From Nitratidesulfovibrio vulgaris str. Hildenborough (GTDB taxonomy: Bacteria > Desulfobacterota > Desulfovibrionia > Desulfovibrionales > Desulfovibrionaceae): a DNA stretch of 32,000 nt. Positions 19,124-24,784 of the stretch are shown here, piece by piece. The stretch is from positions 3,538,859-3,570,858 of the forward strand of contig NC_002937.3 in NCBI RefSeq assembly GCF_000195755.1, read 5' to 3'. Numbering within the stretch: the stretch's first letter is position 1; every line of letters starts with the position of its first letter. The notes beneath the pieces were generated by a model, which had not been told where the DNA came from, searched no databases, and saw only the letters and a list, made by a program, of their open reading frames with translations. The translations under genes and the position numbers were made by a program.

Positions 19124-19284
19124 AAAAGTGATGTCGGGGAAAGCAAGGACTGCACCAACAAGGACGCGGGCAGGGGGCAGTCGTCCATATAAGCACGTCA
19201 TCCAACGGCTGACGTGGATATCCCCGCGGCGCATCACAGGCTGCCCACGCGACATCCATACCATGCCCCACGAATGGAGTATAT

Positions 19285-19327
19285 TTTTTATACACCCATA
19301 CACTGTGCCTGTATCATTTTCATACGC
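19285..19327 (+). promoter_or_regulatory. Candidate upstream activator sites for the zraP sigma-54 promoter (TTTTYATACRC direct repeats)
   Basis: TTTTTATACAC (19285-19295) and TTTTCATACGC (19317-19327) are 32 bp apart, about 100-140 bp upstream of the -24 element. A third copy, TTTTCATACAC, lies at 18977-18987 near the zraS start. The functional assignment is inference only. Confidence 0.3.
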
Positions 19328-19392
19328 ATTTCGGGTCCGTCTCCCGGAATGCAAACTCACCCAGGCATGGCATTCAAAAAATTAATCTTTGA

Positions 19393-19405
19393 AAACAAAA
19401 AGTTA
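19393..19405 (+). promoter_or_regulatory. Possible IHF site between the repeats and the sigma-54 promoter
   Basis: AAACAAAAAGTTA differs from WATCAANNNNTTR at one position. It sits in an A/T-rich stretch (19370-19415) at roughly -50 relative to the expected start site. Confidence 0.25.
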
Positions 19406-19423
19406 GATGAGCCAAATAGAGTT

Positions 19424-19439
19424 TGGCACGCTCCATGCT
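19424..19439 (+). promoter_or_regulatory. Sigma-54 (-24/-12) promoter of zraP
   Basis: TGGCAC-GCTCC-ATGCT has exact GG-N10-GC spacing against the consensus TGGCAC-N5-TTGCW. It lies 65 nt upstream of the zraP ATG and is divergent from the sigma-54 activator operon. Confidence 0.8.
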
Positions 19440-19503
19440 CTAGCAAGGGCAACGAGAACATGAGGCCCTTTGCCTCGAACCATAAACACCCAAGGAGAAC
19501 ATC

Positions 19504-20025
19504 ATGAACAGCAAGCGCATCGCCCTCGGCATCATCGCCCTCGCCACCGTTGTCAGCCTCGGCACCGCCGCCAACAACGCTTTCGCCCGCGGGCACGGCA
19601 ACTACCATGGTCAGGGGCAGATGATGGGTCAGGCCTATGAAGCCCTCACCCCCGAGAAGCAGGCCAAGTTCGACAGCCTCATCGACGCCTTCAACACCAA
19701 GGTGACGCCGCTGCGCGACAAGCTGTGGGCCAAGCACACCGAACTGAACGCCCTCTCCAGCAACCCCAACACCAAGCCCGAAGACATCCGCAAGCTCACG
19801 GACGAAATCACTGCACTGCGCACCCAGTACCGCACCGAAGCCGCCAACCTCGACGCGAGCATGCAGAAGGAAGTCGGTATCAAGACCCACTTCGCCACCA
19901 TGGGACACCGTGGCATGGGCGGCATGGGCGGCGGCTGCGGCATGATGGGCGGCAAGGGCGGCATGGGCTCCGGCATGATGCAGATGCATGACGGCGAAGG
20001 CCCCCACCGCGGCCAGAACATGTAA
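19504..20025 (+). CDS. zraP: ZraP-like periplasmic metal-stress protein (CpxP/Spy/ZraP family) with Gly/Met-rich tail
   Basis: 173 aa with AAGGAG 5 nt upstream of the ATG. The Sec signal peptide is MNSKRIALGIIALATVVSLGTAANNAFA. The helical core carries an LTPEKQ (LTxxQ-like) motif and repeats typical of the family. The C-terminal tail is GHRGMGGMGGGCGMMGGKGGMGSGMMQMHDGEGPHRG. Confidence 0.8.
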   Translation: MNSKRIALGIIALATVVSLGTAANNAFARGHGNYHGQGQMMGQAYEALTPEKQAKFDSLIDAFNTKVTPLRDKLWAKHTELNALSSNPNTKPEDIRKLTDEITALRTQYRTEAANLDASMQKEVGIKTHFATMGHRGMGGMGGGCGMMGGKGGMGSGMMQMHDGEGPHRGQNM

Positions 20026-20055
20026 GTTGCAGCAACGCCTGTAGCGATCAAATAA

Positions 20056-20091
20056 CGACAAGAGGCCACCTTCACGGGTGGCCTCTTGTCG
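20056..20091 (+). terminator. Rho-independent terminator of zraP
   Basis: Perfect 15-bp stem CGACAAGAGGCCACC / GGTGGCCTCTTGTCG with a 6-nt loop, followed by TGTGTAT. It starts 30 nt after the stop. Confidence 0.8.
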
Positions 20092-20489
20092 TGTGTATGG
20101 GCGAGACTTCGGGGCAGTGCGTGTCTAGCGGGCATCAGCCGCCCGGGCAACGGCTACCACGGGATGAAACGGTATCACGTAGCGTACTCGTGACTCCTGC
20201 ACCCCGCAACGTTCACACAAGCCGACGACCAGACAACCTGTCGGCACCTTCGCCGATATCCATTGCTGCCCCGGCAGCGCCCACGCACAGCTTTCGCCTT
20301 CGAAGCTACTCACGGTCCCTGCAATCCCGACGCCGGAAAGCAGGCTTCCTTCTCAATCCTGTCACTGCAGTAAACCGGCGACCGGCACTCCCCCTGTGTC
20401 CCTTGGAAGAAGACCCATGGCGGTGACGTCTTCATGCCGCAAGGCATCACCATGTACCGAAAGGGTGCGCAAGCCTCGCCCGTCAACAA

Positions 20490-20520
20490 GGCCCACAGCC
20501 GGTTTTCGCGACTGTGGGCC
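20490..20520 (-). terminator. Hairpin downstream of the permease gene (candidate terminator)
   Basis: 9-bp stem GGCCCACAG / CTGTGGGCC with a 13-nt loop. On the minus strand it is followed by TTGTTGAC. It lies about 70 nt after the stop. Confidence 0.45.
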
Positions 20521-20589
20521 CTATCCGTTCACCACCTGAGGCGAAAGCGCATTGCCGCTTCACACCGTCAGACCTGTTTGCACATTGTA

Positions 20590-21945
20590 CTAATGTCCGC
20601 AGCCGCACCCGGCAGGGTGGGCCTCGCCGCGCAGACGGGCCACAAGGGCGGGCAGCCACTGGTACAGCACCAGCAGAAGAAGCACCACAGCCGCCACGGC
20701 AGAGAGCATACCCGGTTCCGCGTCGGCACTGCCCTGCACCCAGCCTGTCACACCCATGCCAAGCCAGCCGTAGAGCATGTTCACTGCCAGCCCAAGTGCG
20801 ACTGACATGACCCCGATGACGGCGACATAGATGACAGCGGCCTTGCGACCGAGCATCCGCGCCACGACAGTGATGGTGGCCACGTTGGTCGCCGGCCCGG
20901 CGAGGAGGAAGACCAGCGCAGCCCCGGGTGAGATGCCCTTGAGGGCAAAGGCCGCAGCGATGGGGGTGGAGGCCGTCGCGCAGACATACAACGGAATGCC
21001 CACCACCATCATCAGAAGGATGCCGCCGATACCCGAGGCGAACGTTCCGGAGAAAAGGTCGTCCGGGATGAGGATGGTGATGACAGCGGCAAGCACAACG
21101 CCAAGCAGCAGCCAGCCGCCGATGTCCGCAACAAGTTCACCGAAGGCGAAGCGCATCCCGCCACGGAACCTTTCCACCACACCGCTGAAGCCGCCGCTGA
21201 CCTGCCCGATGGGGGTATCATGTCCGCAACAGCCCGTGCCGGAATGCGCATGCGCTGCACTCCCGCAACCGCATGACGCGCCGGATGGCGCAGACACGCT
21301 GTGCGACGTGCCGCAACACGCAGAAGCAGCCACGGAAGCGTGCCCAGAACAGGTGCACGCGGCGTGTTCCCTGATTGGTCCCAGAGAGACACTCCCGGCC
21401 GCGGCAATGCCAGCGGCACCGTGCAGGACGGGGGCTATGACGGGCGCGGGCAGAGTGGTGGGGCCGTCATGAAGCGCCGCGTCGCGTGAAGGGGACATCA
21501 CTGGGGGGGATATCTCTGACTCACCCCGCTTCCTTTCGGGGAAAAGGTCGACCATGAGCCCTGCCGCCACAGAGGTCAGCAAGGCGGCGAAGGGACGCGC
21601 CACGGTCATGACAGGGTCTAGCAAGGCCCATGTCACGGCCATGGAGTCTACCCCCGTTTCCGGTGTGGCGATGAGAAACGAGGTGGTGGCACCTTTGCTG
21701 GCACCCTGCTGACGCAACCCGGCGGCGGCAGGGATGACACCGCACGAACATAGCGGCAGGGGAATGCCGAAGAGGGCAGCCTTGAAGACAGGGCCCACAT
21801 GCCCACGCCCGAGATGGCGCGCGACGAAGGAGGCGGGGACGTAGGCCTTCAGCAGTCCGGCAACGAAGAAGCCGAAGAGGACATAGGGGGCCGCTTCAAG
21901 AAGAATATCCCACGATGCCAGTATGATGTCATGGATAAGGGTCAT
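20590..21945 (-). CDS. Cys/His-rich metal permease of the UPF0718/ArsP (PF03773) type, resembling SO_0444-type Cu/Zn efflux transporters
   Basis: I prefer ATG 21945 (GAGGA 4 nt upstream; MTLIHDIILASWDILLEAAPYVLFGFFVAGLL) over the track start 21972. The family hallmark GIPLPLCSCGVIPAAAGL...TSFLIATPETGVDSM is present. The central loop is HAACTCSGHASVAASACCGTSHSVSAPSGASCGCGSAAHAHSGTGCCGHD and the C-terminal tail is HPAGCGCGH. The family name is from memory, not a search. Confidence 0.75.
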   Translation of the reverse strand: MTLIHDIILASWDILLEAAPYVLFGFFVAGLLKAYVPASFVARHLGRGHVGPVFKAALFGIPLPLCSCGVIPAAAGLRQQGASKGATTSFLIATPETGVDSMAVTWALLDPVMTVARPFAALLTSVAAGLMVDLFPERKRGESEISPPVMSPSRDAALHDGPTTLPAPVIAPVLHGAAGIAAAGSVSLGPIREHAACTCSGHASVAASACCGTSHSVSAPSGASCGCGSAAHAHSGTGCCGHDTPIGQVSGGFSGVVERFRGGMRFAFGELVADIGGWLLLGVVLAAVITILIPDDLFSGTFASGIGGILLMMVVGIPLYVCATASTPIAAAFALKGISPGAALVFLLAGPATNVATITVVARMLGRKAAVIYVAVIGVMSVALGLAVNMLYGWLGMGVTGWVQGSADAEPGMLSAVAAVVLLLLVLYQWLPALVARLRGEAHPAGCGCGH

Positions 21946-21967
21946 GGTGTCCTCGGGTTGCATAATA

Positions 21968-21993
21968 AACATATGAACATCTGTTCATGCGTT
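21968..21993. promoter_or_regulatory. 12-2-12 inverted repeat, ArsR/SmtB-type operator candidate
   Basis: AACATATGAACA-TC-TGTTCATGCGTT has perfect inner arms ATGAACA/TGTTCAT and 10/12 symmetric positions overall. It lies 22 nt upstream of ATG 21945 and downstream of a perfect minus-strand TTGACA (22021..22016). Confidence 0.55.
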
Positions 21994-22643
21994 AGGTATG
22001 ACAAAGGACGCGCCATGTCAACATATGGCCGACAGGGCAACACACTGAAAGAAAGCGTCGAGAGCATCGGAGACAGCCGTCGACATGCGCGACAACGAAT
22101 AAAGGCCACTCCTGCCACCGGCGTCTTGCGGAGGGGGACGTGCCCGGTTGCAGCGTCAAAAGGGTATCGAACCGCAATCGCCGCAACGGCATTATGACAG
22201 TAGGGAGGAGGACGAAAACTGAAAGGGTGTCGCCATCTGCGGAAAGACAGCACTCGCGACGCCGGTCACACCATCAGCGGTACGACACGGACTGAAAGCC
22301 ATGACGACAGGTGGCACGAGATACGCCCCCCGACATCGGCGCGAGGGCCGGGACGTCATAGCATCGCTTCAGACAAGAACACGGGTCAACCTTCCCTGTA
22401 GGTCACCGGAAGACGGGGCCTTATCGCCGTATTCGCACCCTTGCGCACATGCCCGTCCACAAAGGGTATGAGGTGGCCCTTACCGGTCTTCACCAGCCGG
22501 ACTCCTCGGCACGCCACAGGTCGCCCTGCATCAACGCGCGGTATCCCGGCATCACCCGATTCCAAGCTTCAGGCTGATTTCCAAACTTCAGCCCGTTTGC
22601 CCGTGTCAGTCCGATTGCAGGCTTCTGGCAAGGTCGATTGGCT

Positions 22644-23657
22644 TCAGGCGCGGTCCGGGCCCTTACCCACCATGTTCAGGGCGAGTTGCATCTCGCGTTG
22701 CAACCGCTGCTGTACCGCCTCGCGCACACGTGACGTGGACGAACCGAACTGTTCGGAACGTACCGCGTACACATTGCGGATGAGCTCACGTTCATGCTGG
22801 CTGCCCTTGCCGTCTCCGGCGAGGTCCACGGCCCTGTTGAAGATGCGCGCAGCGGCACCCGGCCCGTGCTGTACGGCGGTACTCCACAACACCTCCTTCA
22901 GCGCAGGAGAGAAGGCCCCCTTGTCGAGACCCGCCTGCTTGCTGACGGCATCGAGCGCCGGGACATAGTGGCTTTCGGTGATGAAACGGTCCTGCAAGGC
23001 CTCGAAACGGGCAGGCTGTTCGTCGGCGATGGCACGCCACGCATCGGGCATGGCACCGTTACGGCTTCCTGTGTTGGCGGGCCCTGCCTCGCGCAATCGA
23101 CTGGCGATGTCAGGGGCCTGACCGTCGAGATAGTCGAGGAAGCGGTCCATGGTGCCGGGGCGCGAGGCTATCTGGAACTTGCCGTAGGACGTTCCGCCAT
23201 GCCTGTCATAGCCGATGGCGGCGATGCCCTCGTCACCCGATTCGAACTGTGCGGCAAGGGACCCCAGACCGGAGACATCACCACTGCCGCCGGAACGTGA
23301 CGCCCGCGCAGAACGCGGTGCTGCGGCGGTGCGTTTGCCCTGCGCCGTGCGGGTGGCTTCGGAGATGGCGTCGCCCATGCCGCCTTCACCGGCAAGGCGC
23401 ATCTTGCCCGTGAGCGCCAGAAGGCTACGTGCGGCCATGGCCCCGTTGGAACCGATGCCGCCCCCCTGTCCTTCGAGCACCTGTGCCATGGCCGCAAGGG
23501 CGCGTGCGCCTGCGGCCTCGGCGTCGTCAGGGACGGCACCCTGCTGGGCAAGCACCTGCCCGAAGCCTGCGCCGCCCTGTCTGCTCGAAAAAGACCGAGG
23601 TGCGGGAAGGGACAGTCCCCGGGCCACATCCGGCATGAGATTCTTGTCGTAAGGCAT
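22644..23657 (-). CDS. Hypothetical protein with lysozyme/chitosanase-fold-like (GH108 / VgrG3-C-like) signature and disordered N-terminus
   Basis: Track ORF trimmed to ATG 23657 (GGAGGA 3 nt upstream; MPYDKNLMPDV). Residues ~135-177 read AAQFESGDEGIAAIGYDRHGGTSYGKFQIASRPGTMDRFLDYL. I found no signal peptide, lipobox or TM segment. I am confident it is coding; the function is pattern recognition only. Confidence 0.6.
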   Translation of the reverse strand: MPYDKNLMPDVARGLSLPAPRSFSSRQGGAGFGQVLAQQGAVPDDAEAAGARALAAMAQVLEGQGGGIGSNGAMAARSLLALTGKMRLAGEGGMGDAISEATRTAQGKRTAAAPRSARASRSGGSGDVSGLGSLAAQFESGDEGIAAIGYDRHGGTSYGKFQIASRPGTMDRFLDYLDGQAPDIASRLREAGPANTGSRNGAMPDAWRAIADEQPARFEALQDRFITESHYVPALDAVSKQAGLDKGAFSPALKEVLWSTAVQHGPGAAARIFNRAVDLAGDGKGSQHERELIRNVYAVRSEQFGSSTSRVREAVQQRLQREMQLALNMVGKGPDRA

Positions 23658-23758
23658 GGTTCCTCCGGCTTCATGCGACGCGCCCCGGTCTCGCTTCGGG
23701 GAACGGGTCGCAGGTCTGGCGACAGGTGCATAGCAAGAACCGCACCTGCCGAAGGACA

Positions 23759-23774
23759 TGCTTTGAGGACGCCA
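23759..23774 (-). promoter_or_regulatory. Weak sigma-54-like element upstream of the lysozyme-like gene
   Basis: The minus strand reads TGGCGT-CCTCA-AAGCA with correct GG-N10-GC spacing, but the -12 element is AGC rather than TGC. It lies about 100 nt upstream of ATG 23657. Confidence 0.25.
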
Positions 23775-23824
23775 TGTTAGACAGATAGACCGCGTGAAGA
23801 AGACCCTGAATGCACCCGCCGCCG

Positions 23825-24679
23825 TCACTTCCCCGACGGAGGGCGGTACACCCTCAGGGCGTCGCCCATGCGGGCCTGCAGTTCAGCTATACGATGCTGC
23901 CCCGTGGGGTGGGTCGAGAGGAACTCCGGGGGCCGCTTTCCGGGGGCGGATGACATCTTGCGCCAGAAATCGAGCGCGGCACGCGGGTCGTAACCTGCCT
24001 GTGCCATGAGCATGAGTCCGATACGGTCGGCCTCGTATTCCTGCTCACGCCCGAAGGGGAGCATCAGCCCCACGTTGGCACCTGTGCCATAGGCCTGACT
24101 GAACGCCTGCACCGCTGCCGGAGAACCTCCGGCCACGCCCAACGCGATGGCAGCCGCATCGTGCCCCATCTGCACCATCATGGCGCGGCTCATGCGTTCG
24201 GCACCATGCCTCGCGATGGCGTGTCCCACCTCGTGTGCCATGACGGTGGCGAGTTCGGCATCGGTATCCGCGTACTTGAATATGCCCTCATAGACGAAGA
24301 CCTTGCCCCCCGGAAGGCAGAAGGCGTTGGCGACATCCTTGCCGATGAGATGGAACTCCCACCTGAAATCGCCACGGCGGGCTGCGGCGGCTATGCGCCT
24401 GCCAACGGTCTCGACACGCTGCGCCTCGTCGGTGCCGGTCTTCACCGGTTCCTTTGAAAGGATCTTTCTTGACTCCTGCTGTCCGAGGGCCATCTCCTGC
24501 TGGGGTGAGACCATGATGAACTGGCTTCTCCCGGTATACGGGGCCTTGGCACACCCGGCCAGCACGAGAAGGCACAGCAGCAGAGGCAGCAGATGTCGTA
24601 ATGCGGCAAGGCCCTTGCCCACCGTGGAGAGGGCCCTTCGGGTGTGCGTCACGGTATCGCGGCTTGACGGAATCGTCAT
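23825..24679 (-). CDS. M48-family zinc metalloprotease lipoprotein (YcaL/LoiP-like)
   Basis: Only the last 284 codons of the 842-aa track ORF are real. ATG 24679 gives MTIPSS...LLCLLVLAGC with a lipobox (LAGC), the zinc site HEVGHAIARH and the downstream EYEADRIG. The rest of the ORF is antisense to topA. Confidence 0.85.
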   Translation of the reverse strand: MTIPSSRDTVTHTRRALSTVGKGLAALRHLLPLLLCLLVLAGCAKAPYTGRSQFIMVSPQQEMALGQQESRKILSKEPVKTGTDEAQRVETVGRRIAAAARRGDFRWEFHLIGKDVANAFCLPGGKVFVYEGIFKYADTDAELATVMAHEVGHAIARHGAERMSRAMMVQMGHDAAAIALGVAGGSPAAVQAFSQAYGTGANVGLMLPFGREQEYEADRIGLMLMAQAGYDPRAALDFWRKMSSAPGKRPPEFLSTHPTGQHRIAELQARMGDALRVYRPPSGK

Positions 24680-24784
24680 TTGTCGTATGTTCCCCTTCCT
24701 GAAAGCGGGCAAACGCGCCCATAAGGCGGGCCACTCCCGCCACCACCCACCGTATAGCCGTTTCCTCCGCGAAGGACCACACGC

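Noticed and set aside
19131-19385. 84-codon plus-strand ORF in the zraS-zraP intergenic region
   Set aside because: It has a weak RBS and AT-rich codons. It runs through the repeat motifs and the A/T-rich IHF-like stretch just upstream of the sigma-54 promoter. It is probably non-coding.
19357-20061. 234-aa minus-strand ORF
   Set aside because: It is antisense to the zraP-like gene, which has a sigma-54 promoter, RBS, signal peptide and terminator.
22015-22197. 60-codon plus-strand ORF (MSTYGRQGNTLKESVES...) divergent from the permease, with AAGGA 6 nt upstream
   Set aside because: The position is tempting for the missing ArsR/SmtB repressor. However, it is too short, has no winged-helix or ELCVCDL-type motif, and its third-position GC (~55% by my count) is far below neighbouring genes.
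23658-23828. 57-codon extension of the lysozyme-like ORF
   Set aside because: ATG 23657 has a GGAGGA RBS. The extension would run to the M48 gene's stop codon and is Cys/Arg-rich.
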